Notes: generated by a model from the letters alone, not told the origin. 64,000 nt of DNA from a candidate division LCP-89 bacterium B3_LCP (GCA_005223185.1 NJBN01000009.1:1321-65320); one strand, 5' to 3'. Numbered from the stretch's first letter, positions 28,359 to 38,879 are shown. Program-made: numbers and translations.

Positions 28359-29876
28359 CTACTTCACCAACACCATCTTCCCTGAAGAAGTGAAGTCTCC
28401 AGTTTTAAGGTGATAGATATATACTCCCGATGGCAACCCTGATCCGTCAAAACCTACCTCATACACTCCCGTATCGCGCCAACCATTCACTAATTCCGCA
28501 ATCTGACGACCTGAAATATCGTAAACCGTCAGTTTCACCAGACTTGCATCTTGGAGCTGGTAACTAAGAACTGTGGTGGGGTTGAAGGGATTGGGAGTGA
28601 TTTCCACAGACAGTTTGCCGGCTCCCGTCTTCGTGTCCTCTGCAGCTACAGTTTCCTGAGGTAATTCACAACAGAGTTCTTGCTGCAATTGCGTTATCAG
28701 CTCAGGCGCCCAGGCAATGAGCCACCAGTGCCAGCCCATATCCACGATGTCAACGTCGGGGAACAGGTCCGTTCGAGTTGTCCCTATAATCATGGCAGAA
28801 GTTGGATCACCTGCATTCACACAGGGGCTGTTCTGGGGTTGACCGGATTCTATCTGACTGATATAGAAGAACCCTAACGGAGGATTGTGGACGAATAGTG
28901 GATCGGTGCCAATGTTGCCCGTTCCTGACATTCCACCTTCAACGCAGGAATAGGTGAACGACGCAGAACCGTATATGTTGGGGCTGTTAGTGGCGAAATT
29001 ATCATAGACGATGTTGTTCTTACCCGTCGCTGAAGCGCCGCTATACGCATATATTCCAGCGCCACTCGCGGTGGTACTGCTTGAATTGGAACGGTTTCTG
29101 GCAATGGTGTTGTTGACCAATGTGGGTGAACAGCCATAGACAAAGATGCCGCCTCCGCGATAATATGCCCTATTTGCAACCAGCAGATTGTTGGTGATGG
29201 TAGCGTCTGTGTACTGGCAGCGGATCCCGCCGCCTCCACAGCTGCCTCACGTGCTGGTGGAAACATTCTTCGCGAATGCGCTGTTTCTAATTTCCGATCT
29301 ATTACTATAGCTCAGGTAAACGCCACCGCCATTACCCGCTTCATTACCGATGAATATACAATCGGATATCTGCATGGGAGCGTAGGAAGCGTAGATTCCG
29401 CCGCCTAAATTGTAAGCATAGCAGTTGGTGATAAGGCAGTTGGAAATACTCACTTCCGTATGGTTGCAGAATATGCCGCCTCCGCTCCAGTTGGGGTAAT
29501 TGGTGTTGCGAGCGAAATCTATATGGCAGTATGACATGGTGCTGCCATTAGGGCCCGCGTTGAAACGAACGCCGCCGTGTTTGCAGGTTTCATCCGGAAA
29601 CTGGCGCACGAAATTGATCGAATCCACCGGTGTGCCATCCGCATGCAATGTTCCGTTTACATTGAAAGTGTAGTGTCCGGAGAAGAGAAATGAAGTTCCG
29701 GGAAGAATTTCCAGTGTCTGCCCTGCGGGAACCTGGCAGTTTCCGACAACAATGTATTCTCCCGGTCCGAACTGGCCGGACAAGTCACCGCTGACAGTCG
29801 GCTGTCCCATTACAGGATAGGAGAACGCCCAGATTAAAAGCAGGGCGGTAAGTAAAACATAGCATCGTTTTCTCAT
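28359..29876 (-). pseudogene. Beta-helix T9SS-CTD protein interrupted by one in-frame TGA
   Basis: The N-terminal ORF (29247-29876, signal peptide plus beta-helix) and the C-terminal ORF (28359-29120, beta-helix plus CTD …GDFTSSGKMVLVK) are in the same frame. They are separated only by the TGA at 29247-29249 (minus sense). Translation across it reads …NVSTST*GSCGGGGIRCQYTDATITNN…, continuing the GGGI repeat. Confidence 0.6.
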
Positions 29877-29925
29877 GACAGCCTCCTTTTTTGGACTTTA
29901 TACTTCAGTCTTATACTTTATATTT

Positions 29926-32900
29926 TCACTTCACCAGCACCATCTTCTTCACCGCAGTGAAGTCACCCGCTTCAATACGGTAGAAATACATCCCCGAAGC
30001 TAAACCGGATCCGTCAAATGTGAATTCGTGGTAGCCCACTTCACGATATCCGTTGACTAATTGTGCTACCTGGCGACCGAGCATGTTATAGACTGCAAGC
30101 TGGACTCGTCCAGCTTCCGGCAGTGCAAAGCCGATAGTAGTCAGTGGATTAAAGGGGTTGGGATAGTTCTGTTCCAGTGAATAGGTTTCAGGCATTAATG
30201 GATCATCTACCGCAGTCAGCCACTCATCGAACGATTCGCCGCTGTTTGACCAATCCTCAACCCAAACACCATCGCCTGTTGTCAGCTTTTCGAAAGTGAA
30301 ACTGTCCATGTCCCAGATGGTGTCGGGATGGAGTCCTAGGAAACCTTGATAAGTGTAAGTCCCTTCGGGAGCACTGCCGGGCACTGTCTGGGAACGATCT
30401 CGATCCAGTTGAAAACCGGCAGGTAGCGTCAAGTTGATGGGGCCTAACAAGGGTCCGTAAAGGTTTCCGTTAGGGAGTATCACATTGCACCAGACGTCGC
30501 CTACTACCTCGTTTACTCCTGAATTTGCTATGGCAATATTGAAGTCGAACGATCCACCTGATACGGGAATCTGAATTGGTGTGCCATAGGGCGTCAATGC
30601 GATGGTAGCATAAGCGGCTCCCTGATCGAAGTAATTTGCACCCATATCATCCCTGGTGCCGTCGGGGTCGTTGTAGAAGGGATCAGGGTCACCGGCGTCT
30701 ATACAGGGCGAATTCGGGTCTAAGAACCAGGTGTTGATTAAGAGGGGATCTTCTTCGATTGTACCCACTCCTGCAGTAGCACCGTTCGCGAAGGGAGTGG
30801 GACAGTTATAGACGCAGCTATACTGGACTTCGAAGGGTCCCCAGAAACCGGTATCGCAGTTATAGACGATGTTATTCTTTACAGGAGAAATAACAACATC
30901 AGACCTAATACCGTATTCCGCGTTTATGATGGTGTTATTGAATATGTCACCGCTACAACCTTTGATTCCTCTCTCACTCGTTTCAATGCAATTGTGACGT
31001 ATGGTGCCGCTGCTGTTTAGAATTCCGCATCCTTCGGTAGAAGCGTATGAATCGATTACGTTATGTGCAAAGGTACCACTACAATTAATAAATCCAGCCG
31101 AGAAAGCCATCCAAACTGAACTGGATGCGTGTGCATATATATCATTAGCGATGAAGGTGCCTTCGGCATTATCAATAGCATCTGCATACACAGAAAACCA
31201 TTCAACTGTACCAAAGACAGACAAATAAAAACTGTTATTCGTTACCGTCCATCCTGTTCCATCCATTATTGCACCATTGATGTAACTGTTTATTAATGTA
31301 TTACCTGATGTATTTTCAGCATGTACACTTCCGTAAATGTTGCAGGAATCGATATATATAGAACCAGTATCAAGATAAAATGTCCCGTGAATATTACTGT
31401 GTAAGACTTCCAAGAGAGTAGTTCCTTCTGAACGAATATCTGAAAAATAAATGTCCCCATATTCGATAGCAGATTGGCCCTGATTGGAGATAAAATACAA
31501 ATGGCAATATTCACCTTCAATGGTCACTAAATCTTCATCTCCCTGGACTAGTAGGACACCATATATTGTAAAACTTATGTCGCTCTCGGAGAATTCAACC
31601 TCTGTACCTGGCGTCATCACTAAGCTATCGCCTTCTGGAATATAAATGTCTTCACCGATGATATAAGGGCTGTTTTCCGCCGTCCAGACTCCCGAAACAG
31701 CACCCGACATTGGCCCACTTCCGTCCCAATAAAATACACCCATATCGGAACGTGTGCTGTCTGGATCCAACGGGAAAGTTGGATCACCAGCGTCAATACA
31801 TGGCGAACCGGACGTTAATTGGCATTCTTCCGTTATCATTGGATCGCCAACCAGATTGCCCTCGCCGGGCCAGTATTCCGGTCCAATTGAATAGGTCATC
31901 TCGATATTCTGTGCAATTCCCGTAATGAACATGTTATCCATCTCATATATGATGGAATTAGCGGCATTGGCAGTGCTTGAATTATCAATGAGTTTCACTG
32001 CTCCTATTAAATAACCACCAGAGCCGTAAACATAACAGATATCACAATGATCCAGATTAAGGTTAGATGAATTATCCAAGGCAATCACAGCTGCACCATC
32101 ATGCCCTGAATAATTGCAGTTTTCAGTAAACAAGGTCCTTGTAATATTCAGGTTGGAATCATTTGCATAAACTGCAACTCCGTCATAAGCACCGGAATGT
32201 ATCTGGGACCTATTGAACGAGCTCGAATCAATAGAAACACTGGAACTATTCAAGTATAAGGCACCTCCCTGTTCATAGGCACTGCAGAGGTAGAACGACA
32301 CATTGTCTATGATTATCTGAGGACAGTTCTCCGCATAAATACCACCACCACTCCATTCAGCAGGGGAACTCACAATAATTGAATTCTCAATGTTAATCTG
32401 GGGGCAATTTATTACGTAGATTGCCCCGCCATTGTTTGCATCATAGTATCCGTCAAGAAGGCTGTGGTTTATCGTAATAATTGAGTTGTCAGCATATATA
32501 CAACCACCGTTTTCTGAGGTTAGAAAAGAGCCTTTAGCGATTGCAATTTTTACATAATCAAAAATGTTTTCCCCATCTGCCTCTTCGAAAATGATACCAC
32601 CCCAACCAGTATTCCAGCCATAAAACCTGATGGTATCCTCTTCAGCACCAATAGCCTGCAGGTTTCCCTCTATTTTTAGCACATGTAAGCTGTCAATGTA
32701 AACTACCACACCTGGTTCAATAACTAACTGCTGGCCATCTTCTACTATGAGATTTTCATTATAATAATATGGTGAATTTTCCACCGTCCAGATACCGGAA
32801 ACAGGAGTGAATTCCTGTCCCAACCCGGTAAAATGAATTGAAGCGGTATCACCAACCACAAATCCTTCTGAATTGATCACCATATCCGTTGAACGTTCAT

Positions 32901-34164
32901 ACCCTGGACTAGTGAATGTGATTGTATATTTTGCCTTTTCGTAAGGCGAGAGGATCGACGAGGTCGGATCAAGAAGGAATGAGAAGTTTTCTGGAGACGT
33001 TAAATATGTATCCAGAATTTCAAGATAATAATTGTTCAAATTATTGAATTCGAAGAATGCCTCCATCTGCTCACCAGGCCAGAGTGGAGGAAAATCAATT
33101 GTGGTTGGATAAGGAGCTAATCCGCTTCCGCCACCTATCCCCATATCTGCTCTGGAACCGTCATAATCATACCAGAAACCACCGGGATTGCCAGAATCGA
33201 TGCAGGGTGAACCGGGATTTAAGGTGAAATCACCGGACATGGGATCGACAAAAAGAGGATCTGCACTTATGTTCCCCTCGCCTGGATATGGAATTTCCAG
33301 ATCACAATAATTTATCTTGGTATAATCCGGTTGATTTGTGATCATATCACAATCCCAGATAATACAGTTATGCACCTCGCTAATAACACCATCACTACCT
33401 AGGTTGAAAAGGTAGTCATCAGGGGACACAGTATTATAAAAAACCGAAAAAGCTAACATACCTTTTGTAAAAGTGATCCCTGAATAAACGGTGCAATTAT
33501 TGTAAAGTGCACATCCATACATTAAGCAACCACAGGCATTCTGCGCATAATTGCAATCAATATGAATGACTTTGTGAGTTGTATTATCGAAAAAATTGCT
33601 GCCCTTAATAATAGCATAATCCTGGCTCTGCGAAAACAGCACATAATCACATGTGTTATTGTAGAATTCACAATCTTCAACAACTAATACATTGCCTATG
33701 CTCTGATACTTCAGCACATACTTGGCGTCATTATTTCGAAAGGAACAATGCCTTAAAGAAAGATTTCCGCTTCCGCCGTTTATAGCTCCTAGGTCATTAT
33801 ATCCAGCACCTTCAAAATTAGCATATGCTATGCGAGAATCAGAAGCAGCCCCTGAAGCAAAATCTATTGACTTCCAACATGTATCCCCGGCTGTGAAATA
33901 GACTGAGTCTGATTCTGTTCCATTGACTAGCAGACTAAATTCAATCTCAAAATCACAAAAGGCGTCAAACTGAACTGCTACTCCTGCGTCAATAGTTAAA
34001 TCCATGGCATGAGTATTACCGATAATAATATACGGACTGCCCGCCGGAGTCCACGTCTGGGTGCCGATATAGCCTGAGATATACGTCTGCCCATGTGCAA
34101 TAGCTGGGAAAAGGAGAACCAGCACTAAGACGATAACAGTATTAGCACGCATTTTCACCTCCAT
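29926..34164 (-). CDS. Very large (1412 aa) secreted beta-helix repeat protein with T9SS C-terminal sorting domain
   Basis: Signal peptide (VIVLVLVLLFPAIAHG). Dozens of NxxGG.IY…N.S…I..S beta-helix rungs. C-terminus NYPNPFNPLTTIGFALPEAGRVQLAVYNMLGRQV…GMYFYRIEAGDFTAVKKMVLVK. Confidence 0.75.
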   Translation of the reverse strand: MEVKMRANTVIVLVLVLLFPAIAHGQTYISGYIGTQTWTPAGSPYIIIGNTHAMDLTIDAGVAVQFDAFCDFEIEFSLLVNGTESDSVYFTAGDTCWKSIDFASGAASDSRIAYANFEGAGYNDLGAINGGSGNLSLRHCSFRNNDAKYVLKYQSIGNVLVVEDCEFYNNTCDYVLFSQSQDYAIIKGSNFFDNTTHKVIHIDCNYAQNACGCLMYGCALYNNCTVYSGITFTKGMLAFSVFYNTVSPDDYLFNLGSDGVISEVHNCIIWDCDMITNQPDYTKINYCDLEIPYPGEGNISADPLFVDPMSGDFTLNPGSPCIDSGNPGGFWYDYDGSRADMGIGGGSGLAPYPTTIDFPPLWPGEQMEAFFEFNNLNNYYLEILDTYLTSPENFSFLLDPTSSILSPYEKAKYTITFTSPGYERSTDMVINSEGFVVGDTASIHFTGLGQEFTPVSGIWTVENSPYYYNENLIVEDGQQLVIEPGVVVYIDSLHVLKIEGNLQAIGAEEDTIRFYGWNTGWGGIIFEEADGENIFDYVKIAIAKGSFLTSENGGCIYADNSIITINHSLLDGYYDANNGGAIYVINCPQINIENSIIVSSPAEWSGGGIYAENCPQIIIDNVSFYLCSAYEQGGALYLNSSSVSIDSSSFNRSQIHSGAYDGVAVYANDSNLNITRTLFTENCNYSGHDGAAVIALDNSSNLNLDHCDICYVYGSGGYLIGAVKLIDNSSTANAANSIIYEMDNMFITGIAQNIEMTYSIGPEYWPGEGNLVGDPMITEECQLTSGSPCIDAGDPTFPLDPDSTRSDMGVFYWDGSGPMSGAVSGVWTAENSPYIIGEDIYIPEGDSLVMTPGTEVEFSESDISFTIYGVLLVQGDEDLVTIEGEYCHLYFISNQGQSAIEYGDIYFSDIRSEGTTLLEVLHSNIHGTFYLDTGSIYIDSCNIYGSVHAENTSGNTLINSYINGAIMDGTGWTVTNNSFYLSVFGTVEWFSVYADAIDNAEGTFIANDIYAHASSSVWMAFSAGFINCSGTFAHNVIDSYASTEGCGILNSSGTIRHNCIETSERGIKGCSGDIFNNTIINAEYGIRSDVVISPVKNNIVYNCDTGFWGPFEVQYSCVYNCPTPFANGATAGVGTIEEDPLLINTWFLDPNSPCIDAGDPDPFYNDPDGTRDDMGANYFDQGAAYATIALTPYGTPIQIPVSGGSFDFNIAIANSGVNEVVGDVWCNVILPNGNLYGPLLGPINLTLPAGFQLDRDRSQTVPGSAPEGTYTYQGFLGLHPDTIWDMDSFTFEKLTTGDGVWVEDWSNSGESFDEWLTAVDDPLMPETYSLEQNYPNPFNPLTTIGFALPEAGRVQLAVYNMLGRQVAQLVNGYREVGYHEFTFDGSGLASGMYFYRIEAGDFTAVKKMVLVK

Positions 34165-34282
34165 AGTTAGTTAATACAGCTACTTAGGATGGTATTCGAG
34201 GAAAAGCGGATATTACTAGTTTATAATATACTAAATATTTTCCTATTTGTCAAGTGGTTTTCTCTTCTCAGGGAAAATTTGT

Positions 34283-34318
34283 ACAAAAAATAAAGGGCAG
34301 ACACACAGGCCTGCCCTT
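34283..34318 (-). terminator. Rho-independent terminator of the C25 protease gene
   Basis: Minus sense: GGGCAGGCCTGTGTGTCTGCCC followed by TTTATTTTTTG. Confidence 0.65.
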
Positions 34319-34343
34319 TCATTTTCTTGGAACATTTTCCTTC

Positions 34344-37300
34344 TTACTTGAGAAGCACCATCTTCTTCACTGCGGTGAAGTCACCTGCTTGTATGCGGTA
34401 GAAATACAATCCCGATGATAATCCCGATCCGTCAAATGTGATCTGGTGGCTGCCGGGTGAGTATTGACGGGTCAACGCAAGGTCCCCAAAGGGGCTGGCG
34501 ACCCCTACGCGGCAGCCGTTGATATCGAACACATCCAACTTCACCCAACTGGCAAACGGCAACTGGAAACTGATGGTAGTGGTGGGGTTGAAGGGATTAG
34601 GGAAAGCCTGCGATAGTCCGAACGCCTCAGGAATAGTTTCCTCATCCGAATTGACAATCCAGGGGTCGAACGATTCGCCGTCATTTTCCCATGCGGTTAT
34701 CACATAGCCACCATCACCATCTGCAAGCTTTTCAAAGGGGAAGCTGTCGGTGGCAGTATCGCCATCGGCGACTGCATAGGCGTTATAGGAATAATTACCG
34801 GCGGGTGCTCCCGCGGGGACTGCCTGAGCGCGGTCACGGTCTATAGTGATACCTGCTGTCATTGTTATGGAAACCGGTCCCAGCGTCGGACCATAAATGC
34901 TACTATTGGGCAGGGTTACGTCGCACCAGATTTCGACAAGGTGGGAAGTATTGTCATTGTTGGTCGCGGAGATGTTATAGTCAAAACTGCCACCAGTTGA
35001 GGGGATGGTAATCGGTGTACCGTATGGCGTCAGAGTTATGCTTACCGGTGGGGGAGACGGTGCTCCTTCTGTTGTATAGGTGATGGTTCTTCCGTTTTCT
35101 ACGGGCCAGGCATAGGGATCGTAATTGTTGTAATAACCGTACTGCAGTCCTATGTTCTCGCTCTGGTTTTCGATACCGAAGGTAGCGGTGTTCGGGTAAA
35201 TTACCGTATTGTATTGAACCAGAATAATTCCATCACCGGAAGTGGTGGGATAGTGTGCAGGATCATATAGGATCACCTGGAAGGTCTCTCGCTGCTCGGG
35301 CTGGTTGTAATGAGGTATGTTATACCATTCAACGATAAACCTGTTGTTCGCCGCATCATCGTAAGTGCATATTTCGCAACTACCCAGACTGGGATCTAAG
35401 TTATTCCAGAAGGCAGCTACCATAGCGCTGGGTCCGGCTAGACCCGGAATCCCGCTGTTATATGCGGATGTCGAAGTGGAATACCCTATCACTAGCCAGC
35501 CGTTAGTACAGATGGAAACCTGGCTGTATGTATCCCGGTAATAGGCAAAATCAAACGGCAGAGTTACCTGTGTTGTCTGGTTGTTGTTAGTCAGCGCTAA
35601 AACCGTCCCGGAACCACCTGCGGACGGGGCTATCTCGACCCAGTCATATTGATGCCCCTGCCCGCCATCCATATCATCCCAGGCGTAGTACCCGTACGCG
35701 TCAGGACCGCAGGGTTGATTGCGCTCATCGCCCACGTAAGTCTGAAACGTATCGGTAACAGCATAGCCACCGGATGCGGTCATATCCAACGTAAAAACCG
35801 CCATTGTTCCTGGAGTGTATGCTGGATCGCAGGTAATGGTGAACGTACCGGATGCTGAAGTTGCGGGATTCAAATCACCGTAACTGACCGGATTACCAGC
35901 TACAGTTAATAGCGGATCATTAGGAACTAATGTTACAGTTAGTTCTTCCGCTGTCGTATTGCCGTTATTGTGAATTGTAACATCAAAGTCTGCCGTTTCC
36001 CCCGGATCCAGGAAGCCGTTGTTGTTACCAAGAGGATCTTGTATGTCCAATTCTTGGAAGACAATTACCGGAGAATTGGCAGTTAGTGAGAAGTAACTTT
36101 CCCAGATGTACGATCCCGACGTTGTTGTCAGCACGAAATCTACTTCATGCTGATCAGGGATAGTCCCGCTTGCTTCAACTCTGAAGCCATCTGTAACCGA
36201 TAGCGAATCACCGGCAGCTATATCACCGTAATATTCGTTATCATCGATAACAGTCACATATTGATCGCTCGATGTTATCGTTACATCGACACCGGTGGCG
36301 TTTTGCACTCCCACGTTCTTAACTTCGATGGCAAGATCAACTATTTCACCGAAATCCCATTGTCCGTTGTTGTTGCCGGTAACTGCATCGTTTATCTGGC
36401 AGGAATTGAAGGCTACATAAGGAGCCTCAGGCGAATAAACCGGCACGTCAACCATGTAACGATAGTAATTCGCTTTGGTTACGGTTACTTTTAATAACTG
36501 CCCTGGCACTGGTTGCGTGATAGGTATCGTTACCGGCCCACCCGTTCCGCTTGCAGATCCTACCAGTTCTCCGGCTATGCTTAAGGCGATTACGGAAGCA
36601 TCATCAGCCGCAACGGTGAATTCACTACTACCACCCAAGATGGAGTCATCATGAACTACCGTCAGGTTCTGAGGTACTTCCGAATAGAGCGTCATAAAAG
36701 CGTCGCCGTGATGATGGAACAGATGATAAGTTACATCTTTACTCTGTGGATTGGAAGGCCAGGTGGAAGCTTCCAGGAACCATTTGGACGTCTGGTTGGC
36801 AACGGCGGGACGTAAATTGGCTTCTCCGATGGGATCAGCGCCGACATCGGGCATGAAATCGGGCCACATCACATCATAGACACCCCAGGTAAAGACGTCG
36901 TTGACGAAGGAATAGGACACTTCACTTGCAGCCATCACGCCCAGCGCGCCGTGTTCCATGCGATGGAATGCTTCGGCAAAACATTCGGTGGGATTGTTAA
37001 ACTTTCCGGTCAGACAGTTAATGGAAAAAACATAAGGATACATGTCGTTGGAAAGACCGGCTAAATCACTGATGGTGTAAGACGGCGAACTCCAACCGAC
37101 TTCTTCCCCATGATCGCGATGTTGAGCGATGAAAGCGCCTGAATTGAGATCAGCATTAATGCGTTCGGCATTACCACCCCAGTCCAACAGGTACGAAGGA
37201 TCAGCCGGTATGTATCCTAAACCGCTGGGACCGAAATAATCCACTATCATCTGAGTATTCACGTTGGTGGACCAAAACGTCGGCGGAGTGGCTGCTCCTG

Positions 37301-38561
37301 CATATTGCCGGGTCGGGTCCTTCCCTTCGATGTAATGGAAGTAACCCCAAATGATCTCACAACAGAGGATAAACCAGCGGTCATCCTGCCATCCTCCGGC
37401 AATGCAGGGGTGCTGATAGAATCCGGGATCGGTTGCAGGTGATCTTTCATATTCCATCATCTTGGATATCATGTTATCCAGGTCTTCCGGCGTCTGTGCC
37501 GTAATCCGTCCGATGATAAGTTCCGGGAGGTCATCTCCGTTGACGTCAGCGTAGATATTATCGGATACGCAGTAATCATCCCAGACTGGTGAAGTGATGC
37601 CATAGCTGTCGCCTGAATTCTCATAATCCGACAAGAGCAGTACTGCTACCAGTGCAGGTTCCCAGGTGGCATAGGCATTGTCGATGTAGTTTTCAATCAG
37701 GACAGCATCGTTGCCGCCAATTTCGCTGATGGTTGTAACCACTGTGGTAATGCCCTGTTCGGTGCGCCACTGTTTGATGGTATCAGCCCAGGCTATGAAG
37801 AAAGGATCATCAGGAACTATAATCAGGTATTCGCCTTCATTTTGGTCAGAAGGACCGATACAATTGAAATCCACTTGCGGCAGAGAAGCATAGTTGACCA
37901 GGTTTTGTCTTAAGACTGGTTCCCACCAGCGACTGCGCAGGCGGTCTTCACCAAAGCGCCCACTGCCCCCATAAAAATTCACTCTTATGCGAATGTCTTT
38001 GTAAACTGTCAAGTCCCGCGTAGCGGGATTGTACTGAAACGGCGTGATTCCGGCTACGACTGCGTCCACGCCTCTCATCTTGACAGGTTCGCTCAACTGC
38101 ACAGGTTCTGCTGGATAATCCGCGTTTATACTGTAGATCTGCGCATCTTTTTTATATACTAGAGGGGAATCGTCATTTTCCCAGGGCAGGACAAATGCCG
38201 GGGCCAAGTTGATATTGTGAAACAGTTCGATGCGGTACGATACCAGTTCAACTTCTGCCCAGGCGCCCTTCGGAATGGCGACAAACCGCCCAGTTCTGGG
38301 AAGATCAGGCGCACCCGCGTCATTTGGTAGAAAGTCTCCGGGAATGGTGACTGTATGCATCAATTCTCCGTTGATTATTACTTGCGAAAGGTCAAATGCA
38401 GGCACAGAATGGATGATCTCAACTCCCGAAGGACTCTGAGAAATTAGATTATGCCCCGCATCTCCCCAGCAGTCCTGGAAGTAGATTATTTCCGCTGACA
38501 CCGCAAATGCTATAAGCAGGGCGAAGAAGACAGCGGTAACGAATCTTGTAATTACAGTCAT
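34344..38561 (-). CDS. Peptidase C25 (gingipain-like cysteine protease) with propeptide, Ig-like domains and T9SS C-terminal sorting domain
   Basis: Catalytic region aligns with gingipain RgpB: HRDHGEEVGWSSP (His) and YVFSINCLTGKFNNPTECFAEAFHRM (Cys), compared with HGSETAW / FDVACVNGDF…PCFAEALMRA. C-terminus FPNPFNPTTTISFQLP…LDVFDINGCRV…GLYFYRIQAGDFTAVKKMVLLK. Confidence 0.7.
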   Translation of the reverse strand: MTVITRFVTAVFFALLIAFAVSAEIIYFQDCWGDAGHNLISQSPSGVEIIHSVPAFDLSQVIINGELMHTVTIPGDFLPNDAGAPDLPRTGRFVAIPKGAWAEVELVSYRIELFHNINLAPAFVLPWENDDSPLVYKKDAQIYSINADYPAEPVQLSEPVKMRGVDAVVAGITPFQYNPATRDLTVYKDIRIRVNFYGGSGRFGEDRLRSRWWEPVLRQNLVNYASLPQVDFNCIGPSDQNEGEYLIIVPDDPFFIAWADTIKQWRTEQGITTVVTTISEIGGNDAVLIENYIDNAYATWEPALVAVLLLSDYENSGDSYGITSPVWDDYCVSDNIYADVNGDDLPELIIGRITAQTPEDLDNMISKMMEYERSPATDPGFYQHPCIAGGWQDDRWFILCCEIIWGYFHYIEGKDPTRQYAGAATPPTFWSTNVNTQMIVDYFGPSGLGYIPADPSYLLDWGGNAERINADLNSGAFIAQHRDHGEEVGWSSPSYTISDLAGLSNDMYPYVFSINCLTGKFNNPTECFAEAFHRMEHGALGVMAASEVSYSFVNDVFTWGVYDVMWPDFMPDVGADPIGEANLRPAVANQTSKWFLEASTWPSNPQSKDVTYHLFHHHGDAFMTLYSEVPQNLTVVHDDSILGGSSEFTVAADDASVIALSIAGELVGSASGTGGPVTIPITQPVPGQLLKVTVTKANYYRYMVDVPVYSPEAPYVAFNSCQINDAVTGNNNGQWDFGEIVDLAIEVKNVGVQNATGVDVTITSSDQYVTVIDDNEYYGDIAAGDSLSVTDGFRVEASGTIPDQHEVDFVLTTTSGSYIWESYFSLTANSPVIVFQELDIQDPLGNNNGFLDPGETADFDVTIHNNGNTTAEELTVTLVPNDPLLTVAGNPVSYGDLNPATSASGTFTITCDPAYTPGTMAVFTLDMTASGGYAVTDTFQTYVGDERNQPCGPDAYGYYAWDDMDGGQGHQYDWVEIAPSAGGSGTVLALTNNNQTTQVTLPFDFAYYRDTYSQVSICTNGWLVIGYSTSTSAYNSGIPGLAGPSAMVAAFWNNLDPSLGSCEICTYDDAANNRFIVEWYNIPHYNQPEQRETFQVILYDPAHYPTTSGDGIILVQYNTVIYPNTATFGIENQSENIGLQYGYYNNYDPYAWPVENGRTITYTTEGAPSPPPVSITLTPYGTPITIPSTGGSFDYNISATNNDNTSHLVEIWCDVTLPNSSIYGPTLGPVSITMTAGITIDRDRAQAVPAGAPAGNYSYNAYAVADGDTATDSFPFEKLADGDGGYVITAWENDGESFDPWIVNSDEETIPEAFGLSQAFPNPFNPTTTISFQLPFASWVKLDVFDINGCRVGVASPFGDLALTRQYSPGSHQITFDGSGLSSGLYFYRIQAGDFTAVKKMVLLK

Positions 38562-38879
38562 GACAACCTCATGTGAAGCTTCAGTCTTTTCTAAAGATAA
38601 TAAGTTTTTATCAAAAAATCAAGCACAAATCTAATAAAAACGATAAAATTTACAATTGATAGGAATTTACAATTTATTAATCACAGCACACAATAGTTCA
38701 TTGCTATTTCTAAACGGAAGAATCCCACCAGCATTACAAAAATATCCATAATTATAACTTGACTTTGCAGATTAAAACAGCGATTTTATTTTGCTAATTA
38801 TTTTGTACTGCACATCTCCCATTTTCAAAGCTGCTGGCACTGCCAGATCACCTGATTGACAACTTCTTCCAAAAGGTGA

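Noticed and set aside
29247-29249. Possibility that TGA is recoded (Gly as in genetic code 25, or selenocysteine)
   Set aside because: TGA terminates napA (904-906) and several eCIS genes (ATGA/TGATG junctions) at positions matching homologue lengths. No SECIS-like stem-loop is evident downstream, and a beta-helix adhesin is not a plausible selenoprotein.
28874-29266. 130-aa ORF bridging the two halves of the interrupted beta-helix gene
   Set aside because: It is in a different frame from both halves. Its translation is Ala/Pro/Thr-rich and lacks the GGGI rung periodicity seen when the real frame is read through the TGA, so it is a frame-overlap artefact.
38826-38850. TGGCAC at 38835 as a sigma-54 -24 box upstream of the activator gene
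   Set aside because: The sequence 10 nt downstream is GATCA, with no GC dinucleotide at -12, so the spacing and consensus fail.
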